Assembly: GCA_951406725.2 (NCBI GenBank) | Contig: OX597815.1 | Location: forward strand, 140,430,001-140,494,000 | From: Octopus vulgaris | Taxonomy: Eukaryota | Direction: 5' to 3' | Length of the DNA stretch: 64,000 nucleotides | Part shown: positions 42,651-54,080 of the stretch, piece after piece | How positions within the stretch are numbered: position 1 is the stretch's first letter | Layout: each line of letters opens with the position of its first letter | Notes under the pieces: generated by a model | Seen by the model: the letters and a program-made list of their open reading frames with translations, nothing else | Databases searched by the model: none | What the model was told of the DNA's origin: nothing | Made by a program: the position numbers and the translations under genes

Positions 42651-44712
42651 CATTATAAATGAATATAAGAGGAGATAATCAAGCCTAGATAATCTTTGAT
42701 CACAGTTTATTTTACTCAGAACTGATTAAGTTGCAGCAGCAGCTCCACTACGTGTGTCCACTGCCACTACTACTCATATCATCACGTTACGACCACTTAG
42801 TATATATAAACATGTCAATAGTTATCTTTTGCTCTTGGAGGGATCAAACATTCCTTTGAGCATTGTAAATTAACTTTGGTAGAGTAAGGGGTGAGTCATA
42901 TGGTCACATAGAGAATCGATCCTCATCTGTGTTTGTAAGAACCAGAACATCAATAACCAATGCAAACCCATATGAATACTGGACAGATGTGGTTCACTAC
43001 ATGAATGCTGAAGGTGTCGTTTGCAGATGGACAGATAAATATCGTAGTCAGTAGATAAGAATAAAAAAAGAACAGAAAAACACTACACGGAAGTTTCTCA
43101 ACAACGTATGGAGACAACAGTTTCAGTTCCTTCCCTTTAATTTTCTAGTTATATCTATGTCTAGAAGATTAAAAGGAAGAAACCGCAACAAGTTACTTGA
43201 TGGATTAACTCGCTGGCGTTATTTTGAAGCCCAACAGCGTGCTAACTCGTGTGTAAAACAGAGAGGCACGGAAGTCTCTATGATCGCTAATGCCCGTAGG
43301 CAAGGCTTGACACATTAGCAATTAATTTTTTCAAGTCCCCCTTTTATAAGTTAGTCTCTCAGCTAAATTATCGTTTTGTTTTCCCTAATGGAAAGAAAGG
43401 TAAATATTAGTTAATAATTTCTTAAGAACGTCATTTAGCACATGGCAGTTTTTCACTTACGTCTCTGAAACACTGGTGGTGTTAACTTTTTAGCGAGTTG
43501 ATTGTTGTATAAAATGCGGTTTAAAGGCTGATAATTTAAAATATTTTGATTAAAATAAGTCAGGATAAATATAAATAAGAACATACAAAGTCTAGTTAAA
43601 ATTTGCTGCACTGCAACATTTATTTCCGTCACTAAAAGGAATACATCAACTGGCACTATATACAGAACTCTGTTAAAAACTTTCCATGATTTCACAATGT
43701 TTCTCAAAGATAAAGTTAAATATTAGGAGAAACACAAAACATAGCGTCAAAGGTTCTGGTTACAAATTTCACCTTGCCGAAAACTGCAAATTGGTAAAAA
43801 AACTGATCTCATATCGAAGATCAAAGCTAGCTCGTAACAAACTCACCTTCCTGAGGAATTAACGGGAAAATCGTTCCTTAAATAGAGACGGTAGACTTGT
43901 CTATCACGTTAAGGGGCGGATAGTCTGTGGAAACCTAAATAAATTTGACCATCACGTGATGAACCAAAAATAAGTAGCTAAAAGTAAGGAGCCACAATAT
44001 GGGTAGCTAAAGGTAAAGAGCGATCATGCTTCTTCTGCAACTTCTTTCGGCAGCATAGTGGAACGACTAAATTGTAATTCCTGATTAAGCAAGCATATGA
44101 TCTTCAAAGGTGCTTCATCAATGACCAACACATTTTGTTTTCTAGGTACAATATATTCAGGTGTACTTTATCCAGTATGTCTGCTTGTAAGATAGGAAAG
44201 CGTGATTTGAGGGGGATTGTGTACTATTTCCAGTATTTCGAGTTTTTATATTAAGGCGCTGTGTGTCGATTGAATTGCAGCCAACAGCAATCATGCTGTG
44301 TCCTGGGTTCAAATTAATTCTATAATTTATATTTGTGGACTGAACTTAAGCAACGGCAGCAAAAGCGGCTGAAACATTTACACCAGGTGAAACAAAATAT
44401 ATGAAAGACGATGCATATACAAATTTTATGTGTTACCGTATTCGTATTGCAAACAGACCCAACCCTGTCAGACTATTGCACACACACGAATACATAAATA
44501 AGAAAACTCATGTTTCTACACACGCACACACACACATGCACACACAAGCACATGAACACACGACATACGCAAACACACATATACATACTTACAAAAACAC
44601 ACACATATATATGTATATATTTCAGTGTGTGTGCATATATATGTGTGTGCGTGTGTGTGTGTGTGTGTTGCACATACACATAAAGACTTAGTCTATGAAT
44701 TGACATATAAAT

Positions 44713-44772
<60 letters not shown>

Positions 44773-44972
44773 ATATATATATATATGTGTATGTATCTAT
44801 GTGTGTGTGTGTGCATGTGTGCATGTGTGTGTGTGTCTGTGTGTACATGTGTTGTATTGTGTTGGATGTTGCCAATTCTAATTAGTAAATATGGAGAAAC
44901 ATACCACACATATATAAACATACAAACAGACATACACACACGCTCGCACACACACACACACACACACGCACG

Positions 44973-45015
<43 letters not shown>

Positions 45016-45464
45016 ACACATGCACACGCACACACACACACACACTCACACACACACACACACAAGAATAATCAACACATGTGACATTCCCTCGTGTATT
45101 GCTTAATTAAAGTTTTTTAAGTTTCTTACTAATAATAGACGACACACATTCATACTACACACACATAACATTCGCACGCTCATACATTTAAACGTTTGCA
45201 ATGAATACACTCGAAGCACACAACTACAGATTTAAACTTAAATACATATACACACACACACTTTCATGAACATATGCATACGCTGTCCCACTTAAACAGG
45301 CATACGTATGGACATGTATTTCAATCATAATACTGCGGCCTGCGGTCATTGACATAACTATCTATCTACCTACCTATCTATCTATCTATCTATCTATCGA
45401 TGGTCTACCCTATCAAAGGCTTTCGATTGATCCAGTTGATCAGGGCCCCCCCCCCGGCATGGGT

Positions 45465-47560
45465 GGGGCCCTGATCAACTTGGATCAATCGAAAGCCTTT
45501 GATAGGGTAGACCATCGATACTTGGGGCGGTCCTGAGAGCGGCTGGTTTCGGTCCCGTTTTCCGCGGCTGGATAGCTGCCTTGTACAGAGGCATCCGTTC
45601 GGTAATTCGCGTAAATGGACATCTATCGAGACCTTTCGACATTGCACGTTCGGTCCGTCAGGGATGCCCCTCTCGGCGCTTCTATACGTATTGACTCTTG
45701 AGCCACTACTGCGGAAGCTGGCGACTCTAAGGGGCATCCCGCGAGAATTGGGATGCGGGACGAGCGTGTCTGCATACGCGGACGACGTCACCGTCATAGT
45801 GTCAAGCCACGAGCACATCGAGCTGGTCGGTGAGACACTGAAAAACTACGAAGCGGTGACAGGAGCGAAAATCAACCGGGAAAAGTCAGTGGGCTTGCGA
45901 CTAGGCACCTGGAGAAGCAAGCCCATGCCGTCCACCAGCGCCTCCGTCGTGGGACGCTGGACCGACGGCCCGGTTGAGTTGCTCGGGGTCTGGTTTGGTC
46001 CGGACCTCCAAGTGGAGAAGAACTGGAACGAGATAACGAGTAGGGTGGTCACTCTCGCCCGGCAATGGGCCGAGAGGAAACTGTCCCTAAAAGGTCGAGC
46101 GGAGGTGGCGAACACGTACATCGCGTCCGTCATCTACTACCGCCTGACCGTCGTACCTTGTCCCGACCCTACCATCACCAAACTACAACGCATCCTCTTT
46201 CGCTTCTTGTGGAAAGGATGCGTCCCGATGGTCAGGCGATCCATTTGCTGTCAACACCCGTTAAAAGGAGGGCTGGGCATGCCGTGGTTGATGATGCGCA
46301 AACACGCGCTGAGACTGCGACATCTCTGGCTCTATGTAGACGACGGTGAACAGGTGTGGTCGCCGTTTGTGAGGCACGCTTTCCCGCAGCTCGTCTCCAT
46401 GACCGAACTGCAGTCGTGGATCAAAAAGAGGCCGAGGAAGGGCGAATGGCACCGCGAGTGTCGCGTTGCTCTCAAGCAACTCTGCCGTCCTGGGTCGACC
46501 TTAAGTGACTTCAACACAACCAAAGCATTCTATAGGGGTTTAGTGGAGGGGAGGTACGACGACGAGCTCGGGGCGAACCTGGACGTCGACGAGGAGTACC
46601 TGACCCGCCTGTTCAGGACGACTTTCGGGCCAGGGCCCATGGACAACTTCCAGAGATCCCTGGCCTGGCAGTGCTACCGAGAAGCGCTACCCGTTCGGGA
46701 TAAGCTCTACAGACACGGCTCGAGAAACACGGGGCCGACCTGCCCGAGATGCGGTCAGAGCGACGAAACCGTTCTGCACGCACTCGTTCAGTGTCCAACA
46801 ATTTCCGACCTGTGGGCTTATGTCGAACAACTGCTGTCACGTGTGGGACGAGTCGGTTTATCAGCTGAGTCTATCGTCAATATTGTCACGCCTCCTTCCT
46901 TCAAACGGGAAGGAAGAGCTATTTTCATCATCCTTGTGGCTATGGCGAAAGAATGTATCTGGTGGACGCGTCTGAAAGGATTGGAGACAAACACTTTCCT
47001 CTCTGGTCAATCTCTCATCAACTTCTTCAAGTACCACTTGAAAAGGAAAGTGAGAGTAGAGAGGCAAGTTTTGTCTAGCGAATGTTTTAAAAAAAGATGG
47101 GTGAATGTAGCAAGAATGGCACGTATGAATGACGAAGCCACCTTGAGCATAGTCCTATGAACCCAGAAATCGAAAACAGAGAGTTGCTTATTTGCAAAAA
47201 AAAAAAAAAAAAAAAAAAAGAAATATAAAATGTGACTTCATTGACCGAGGTTACCGTGGTCTTTTCCGTAGGCTTTTCTTTCCACGGGTAAACCTCACCT
47301 GTCCTCCCCTTTACACTTCATATTGACATTTCTGTGATAACGATCCCTATTGATCAATTTTTTTTTTTTTTTTTTTTTTTTTCCTCTCCCCCTTTTTTTA
47401 ACCCCCTTTTTTTGTCCTCCTCCTCTCCTTTTACGATCCCTTTTGATCGAAACTCCCCCTTACTTTTTTTTTTTTTTTTTTTTTTAAACATTCAAAAGAA
47501 AAGCTCTACCTTGTAATTTGTTCTATCTGTGTGCAGCCCTGTGTGGCTAATAAAGAAACA
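45465..47560 (+). mobile_element. 5'-truncated non-LTR retrotransposon, L1/Tx1 clade, inserted in a (TATC)n microsatellite
   Basis: GC-rich block. RT motifs LDQSKAFDRVDH and VRQGCPLS (frameshifted) lead into the 498-aa ORF. The 3' UTR ends ...ctaataaagaaaca and both flanks are (TATC)n. Confidence 0.9.
45664..47160 (+). pseudogene. ORF2 C-terminal part: reverse transcriptase (YADD) plus zf-RVT/CCHC region of the Tx1/L1-like element
   Basis: PLSALLYVLTLEPLL, SAYADDVTV, INREKS, LGVWFG, LSLKGRA, KGGLGMP, CPRCGQSDETVLHALVQC. The N-terminus is missing and frameshifts lie near 45520 and 45668. Confidence 0.9.
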
Positions 47561-47583
47561 TATCTATCTATCTATCTATCTAC

Positions 47584-47647
47584 AAAGCTCTACCTTGTAT
47601 CTATTTGTTCTATCTGTGTGCAGCCCGGTGTGGCTAATAAAGAAACA
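47584..47647 (+). mobile_element. Second, 64-bp 3'-terminal copy of the same Tx1-like element
   Basis: aaagctctaccttgta...gtgtggctaataaagaaaca repeats 47500-47560 with small differences; the two copies are separated by (TATC)n. Confidence 0.85.
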
Positions 47648-47698
<51 letters not shown>

Positions 47699-47943
47699 GT
47701 ATCTATGTATTTGTCTATGTATCTATGTATCTATGTATCTATGTACCTATCTAACTAGCTATCTATCTGTCTATCTGTCTGTGTGTGTCTGTCTCTCTAT
47801 CTGTATGTCTGTCTGTCCGTCTGTCCGTCTGTCTGTCTGTCTGTCTGTCCGTTTGTTTGTGTGTCTATCTATCTATCAATCTATTTATCGATATAGACAT
47901 ACGTATATATATTTGCCATATAAGATGTAAATTATAATTACGT

Positions 47944-47976
<33 letters not shown>

Positions 47977-48539
47977 CACATACATATATACGTGAATATA
48001 TATATATTTATATCTATATGAGTTTGTGCATGTGCGACTGGGTTTGTGTATATGTGATTGTGTGTATGTGTGAGTGTATCCATGTGTGCTATACAGGATT
48101 TATGCATGCGTGCGTTATTGCACCTCATATTATGCTAAACATTACCTTTGATCTCGGCCAGGTCACAAGGACAAAGAATGCACCAGGTGCATTTATTACA
48201 GCGAACGCATTGCTTATAATCAAGCTTCCTAAGTGAGGGAGTATTTGGCTAATATCAAAGAATGGAAGCTTTAAAACCAATATTTTATATGCCATTTGAT
48301 ATGTTTTGTTGTGAGTTCTTGTACTAACATTAGAAGTAGCAATAATATTAAACTTAGTTCTATGTTTGGAGTATGTCTGACTCCATATTGTGTGTTTAAT
48401 GTTTGGCAAGGCAATTTTGTAATACGTAGTTAGTTGATGCAGGGCAAATAGGTTTGTATACGTTTATCTGTCATCTTGTGTTTCATATCTATACTGTGAA
48501 TATGTATATATGGAGATTTAAATATATTAATGAGTAATA

Positions 48540-48750
48540 AGGCGACGAGTTGGCAGAATCGTTAGCACGTCGGGCGAAATACTAAGCGGTATTTCGTCTG
48601 TCTTTTACGCTCTGAGTTTAAATTCCGCCGAGTTCGACTTTGCCTTTCATCCTTTCGGGGTGGATCAATTAAGTACCAGTTTCATATTGGGTCGATCTAA
48701 TCGACTGCCCCCTACCCCCAAATTTCGGACCCTGTGCCTAGAGTAGAAAA
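48540..48750 (+). mobile_element. SINE family A variant (same head and core, different tail)
   Basis: ggcgacgagttggcagaatcgttagc...gcctttcatcctttcgggg...aagtaccagtt. Confidence 0.8.
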
Positions 48751-50033
48751 GCTTTATGAGTAATATGTAAATATATTATGAGCACTAATATATCGTTTTC
48801 TGTCTTTTCTCGAGACCTACGTGGCAAGAGCTTCTTCGCATTTTCAAAGTATTTGAAGTCCCTGAACCTAGTTCAGATCCCTAGCAGGTTGACACCTCCA
48901 GATGCTGCTGGAATTTATTTTACTCGAACAACAAGAAGCACAGTTCCTTACTCAAGGTGAAAAGCGACGCCTTGGTCTGATAATCGAACCCACTGGCTAA
49001 TGGTTGTGAGCCAAACACACTAATCACTATAATGCATGTGCTCACGGTTGATTATTTTACATAATGCAGTGGAGATTTTCATCAAGTAGTTTGATGGGTC
49101 GAACTCATCAAACTATCCAACATAATGTCAGCCATAACAATTGCATTATATATCCAAGTGACGCAGTCATGGTATCAAATATTACACATATTTCACATGT
49201 AAAATAATTTGCAAGATCTCTTACATCTTAGAGAAGGTAAGACAAATTAACATTCTATAATATCATTTATTGCAGTGGAATTGTGTCAGCTTGATAATTC
49301 TTAATACAATGTATTAATAAGAAGCGAAAGAGAAGTGAATATTGCTATCTCTGTGTGTTGGTGAATAGCTAATGCTGCTCTCCCACGATATAATTGTTTC
49401 AGTATGAACACACGATCTCGGGTCAAGTTACAATTCCAAAATTAATTAAATAATTAATTAATTAAGTGTTAATGAGAGAGGGTTAACGGGGTTAGCATTA
49501 ATGAGATTAGTATTAATGTGGTTAGTATTATTAATGTAGTTAATCAACAAAATGAAATGGTTTACACTATTTTGCTTAGTGGCCAACGCTTATTGATTAA
49601 ATACATATCTGTAGACACACAACCATGCATTTCATTGTGTTCATTGTATCCAACTGATAAAATAGGATTTTTAGTCAACAATATTAAATACTCACTCACA
49701 CATAGTCACACACGCATGAATATGTGTGTGTTTATATATATTACACTATATTATATAATTTTTAAAATTCCTGGATGATGCTGTTTTATGAAGTTTTCCT
49801 ATATTGTTGTTGAAAGCTCGAAATAGGGAGTAATCAACAGTCGAAAAATGAGGAGGGCTAAACTTCTTGTGGTATTTTGTCTCCTTCTTATCTCTCATTA
49901 TGTGTTTACGTATTTTTCAGTCGTTGGTGATGTCTTGTTCACATTGTATATTTTTTGGCAGTTTGTCCTGTTCTTATCGCTCGTGTATCTACACATTTTT
50001 CACTCGTTGGTTTAGTCCTATACTTGATGTATT

Positions 50034-50100
<67 letters not shown>

Positions 50101-50103
<3 letters not shown>

Positions 50104-50309
50104 TCAGACTCCATGATAGATCGTTAGCCACTACACATATTTTTTTCTCTCCTTGTTTCTCTCCTTGTTTTTTTCTGTGTCCCTTTCTGTAGAAGAGCGT
50201 AGGCTCGAAATGTAAAAGACTTTCTCTATTCTTGAGCGTTATACTAATACATCTGTTTGTTTTGTACACCACCTGTCTTCGTCTTTTGTTTTTTTCGTAA
50301 ACTCTCCCT
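50101..50309 (+). mobile_element. Short (TA)n-flanked insert with a minimal HHR-like motif (50183-50218)
   Basis: CTTT-CTGTAGA-A-GAGC-GTAG-GCTC-GAAAT-GTA-AAAG; homologous to 30111-30261 on the opposite strand. Confidence 0.65.
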
Positions 50310-50319
50310 ATATATATAT

Positions 50320-50759
50320 ATTAATCAAAATAAAAACATGATGCCAAGGATTCAGCGGTACATATGTTTCGGGCCTTTATTAGACGGATTTATAACAATG
50401 CACAATTACTACCCCAAGGACATGTATTACATCATTGAGAGAAGGACGGGATGGACGCTTCATTTTTGTGCTGGTGCCGCATTATGTCGTACGCGAATGA
50501 GAGGATTTGCATCCCCAACGTAGAATTTTTGATGTAATACATGTCCTTGGGGTAGTAATTGTGCGCGGCTGAAGAAGGGCATAGACACACATTATGCATT
50601 GTTATAAATCCGTCTAATAAAGGCCCGAAACATATGTACCGCTGAATCCTTGGGATCATGTTTTTATTTTGATTAATTAACTCCACCACCTACACCACCA
50701 AACGGTATATACAGGTGCTTACAATTATCAAGTACTCACCCTGAATTTCTGTACCCAAC

Positions 50760-50763
<4 letters not shown>
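50320..50763 (+). mobile_element. HHR-bearing fold-back insert (PLE pLTR-like) between (TA)n tracts
   Basis: Inverted arms 50320-50434 / 50530-50677, a 95-nt spacer and an unpaired tail 50678-50763. Confidence 0.8.
50565..50642 (+). ncRNA. Canonical type I hammerhead ribozyme motif
   Basis: GCGG-CTGAAGA-A-GGGC...GCCC-GAAAC-ATAT-GTA-CCGC. All core bases are present; helix III is the palindrome ACATATGT; predicted cleavage is after 50638. Confidence 0.85.
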
Positions 50764-50804
<41 letters not shown>

Positions 50805-52038
50805 GGGAATATATATATATATGTATATTAGTTACAAAGATTTAATTGACTAATGAAAATATTACATCATTTGAAAGAAACCATTCTCGTCAGATGACCG
50901 CATAGACTTCAAACATAAAAAACATAACCCTTTCCTTAACATATTCACATCAATAATGGAATTCAAAATATTTGCATTGTTTCATTTGTCTTATCTCTTG
51001 CAGAATGAGTTTAGAAAATAATGCATACCATGTTAAATCTACAATAATTTGGAGAGTAGCAGAGGAAATAGTGGGATTTAGGATAAAACGAGTAATTACC
51101 TAGTTACTTACATTTATAAGACTTTATGTAGGATGTAGTCTTCAATCATTTAGGATGAAATCCATTAGGATTTGTCAACTGTATTCCAGTTAATGGTGAT
51201 CAATCAATTAATGTTAGCCAATCTACTAGACTCTCAATGTATTGGAACCATATATCTAGCTTTATCTACACAAAATTGTGGGACGTAGGGTTAATCGAAA
51301 GGGAATGCCAGATGGGGAAGGGGTTGTAACTGGATGAAAGGTGCCTCAATTTAAGAACCTTATTCAACTGAATCTTAATTACATACATACATACATACAT
51401 ATATATATACATACATACATACATACTCGTGTATGATATGTCTATTATTATGTCCGAAGTAAAAGACATTCGAAGTTTATATGTGCGTATAGATACCTCA
51501 AAACTGGGCTACATGAAGCGTACTACTAGATATCAAAATTATTTCCCATGGAAATACAATCGTCCTAAGAGAAATGTAATACCTTAAATACTTCCAAGAA
51601 AATAAAAAAAGCAGTTTTAATAGATAATTTAGTAGATAATAGAACATTTTTAATTACAATAGGAAAATTTTAGGTGTAGTTGCTGAGAAACGAGGTTGCA
51701 TTTAGTTTACCACCATGGAACAAATTGTTCGGTATATTCTTTCTTATTGCCATATACTTATGGAAAATACAATAAAAAGTCCTCTTAATAAAATATGAAC
51801 GTAATGTTGGAAATAGTGATATGAGTAATGGTTAACTGTGCAGAGGTGATACCATTGCTAAAAAAAATGTGAATTATAGCATTAATAGAGCCGCTGGAAA
51901 TTCCTTGATAAGGAGATAACCTTTACGGTATCAGTGATGAGCGTTTTCAGGTAATTTTACGTGCATCAAATGCAAACATTTCTCTTGGGGAGGTCTAATA
52001 AGTAAAACATACTGATAAGGTCTAATAAGTAAAACTAA

Positions 52039-52640
52039 GGCGGCGAGCTGGCAGAAGCGTTAGCACGTCGGGCGAAATGCTTAGCAGTATCTAGTCTGCC
52101 GTTACGTTCTGGGTTCAAATTCCGCCGAGGTCGACTTTGCCTTTCATCCTTTCGGGATTGATTAAATAAGTACCAGTTACTCACTGGGGTCGATATAATC
52201 TACTTAATCCGTTTGTCTGTCCTTGTTTGTCCTCTGTGTGTTTAGCACCTTGTGGGCAATAAAGATATAGGTATTTCGTCTGCCGTTACGTTCTGAGTTC
52301 AAATTCCGCCGAGGTCGACTTTGCCTTTCATCCTTTCGGGATTGATTAAATAAGTGTCAGTTACTCACTGGGGTCGATATAATCTACTTAATCCGTTTGT
52401 CTGTCCTTGTTTGTCCTCTGTGTGTTTAGCACCTTGTGGGCAATAAAGATATAGGTATTTCGTCTGCCGTTACGTTCTGAGTTCAAATTCCGCCGAGGTC
52501 GACTTCGCCTTTCATCCTTTCGGGGTCGATTAAATAAGTACAGTTACTCACTGGGGTCGATATAATCGACTTAATCCGTTTGTCTGTCCTTGTTTGTCCT
52601 CTGTGTGTTTAGCCCCTTGTGGGCAATAAAGAAAAAGGTA
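52039..52640 (+). mobile_element. tRNA-derived SINE family A: one head and three tandem 184-bp bodies
   Basis: Head ggcggcgagctggcagaa...gttcaaattcc; core gcctttcatcctttcggggtcgat; units at 52096, 52280 and 52464; candidate TSD aataagtaaaac (52024-52035 / 52656-52667). Confidence 0.85.
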
Positions 52641-53536
52641 TTTTCGAGAAAGAAAAATAAGTAAAACATTCTTACTCGGCCAAAGAATAATATTAGCCTG
52701 CCGTTGATCACTGCATTTAACCTTTCCCTGTTGGTTATTTATTATGTTAATAACAATGAAAATAGTGGAAGCTATTACGTATTACTTTCAGTTTGAGATG
52801 TCAAAGGTTTCCTTTAGATATAATCTATAAGAAAATTACTTTTTGGCCTATGCATTTGCGAAAGGGCGTGCGCAATATTTAATAATTACAAACACGAAAT
52901 CCTAGAAGTATAATTATTTCAAAGTTAGAAATAATTGACTGGTAACTATAGGGCAACTGAGTGTATTAGAGCCTATGTTATTAAGTCTCCACTTAGAGGT
53001 TATTTTAAAATGTATGAGTATAGTTATCAGTTTCTTAGTGCATCGGACTTATTAAATATCATCTATTTTCATCACACACACACAGAAAGTATACATTATA
53101 TCTTTGGTAATTTCAGATATATTCAGAAGCCATTCAGCTATGTTCCGAAAATTGTCAATTGTCCAAGTGTTGGCCATGTCTAACAGTTTTTAACCACGTT
53201 GATGTAGCAGTAGGAATTAGTTTCAGATCAATGCTCATTTACATTGCCAAGGGTATGGACTGAAATAGAGCGTAACGATGGAAATAGCAAGAAAGAAATA
53301 ATGTTGCAGAAAATACTGAATACTAACACCAATTGTTCGATCAATAAATCAATGATTCAGGAGAAAATGTAATAAAACAAAATAAAAGATAAGCAAGTAA
53401 AAAACAAAAAAAATCAAAAACAAAAACAAAAGAAAACAACCTAACAAATTTCTAACAATATTTTGAATCTCTAACAACGCATTAAATGAAACGTTATAAA
53501 CAAAAAGAAAACAAAAACCACCCTCATGTGTGTGTG

Positions 53537-53577
<41 letters not shown>

Positions 53578-53750
53578 TTATCTATAAAATTTATGTACGA
53601 TTTACTCTGCTCATACATACGTACATGCAAACATTTGAACATACATAGATGTACCCTCGCATACACACACACACATATATATATAAGTACGAATTATGTG
53701 TGTCTATCTATATATATATAAATATATAAGTACGCGTGTGGGTGTTTGAG

Positions 53751-53799
<49 letters not shown>

Positions 53800-54038
53800 A
53801 TATATATATACATATACATATACATACATATATATATAAATTTATATATTTATATCAATATCTCTATGTTTCTATGTGCGTGTGTATGTGTGTATTTGTG
53901 CATATGGGTGTGTACAGAGATACTGTGTAAGTATTGATGAAAGTTTCCACAACAAAATTTGCGTATTTGTGTGTGTATTGATGATATCAATCAGCATATA
54001 TATATATAATATTCGTAGCCACTTTAGAAAGATTTTAG

Positions 54039-54071
<33 letters not shown>

Positions 54072-54080
<9 letters not shown>

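Noticed and set aside
52096-52640. Regularly spaced repeats resembling a CRISPR array
   Set aside because: Whole 184-bp units repeat with no unique spacers, there are no cas genes, and the context is a eukaryotic SINE.
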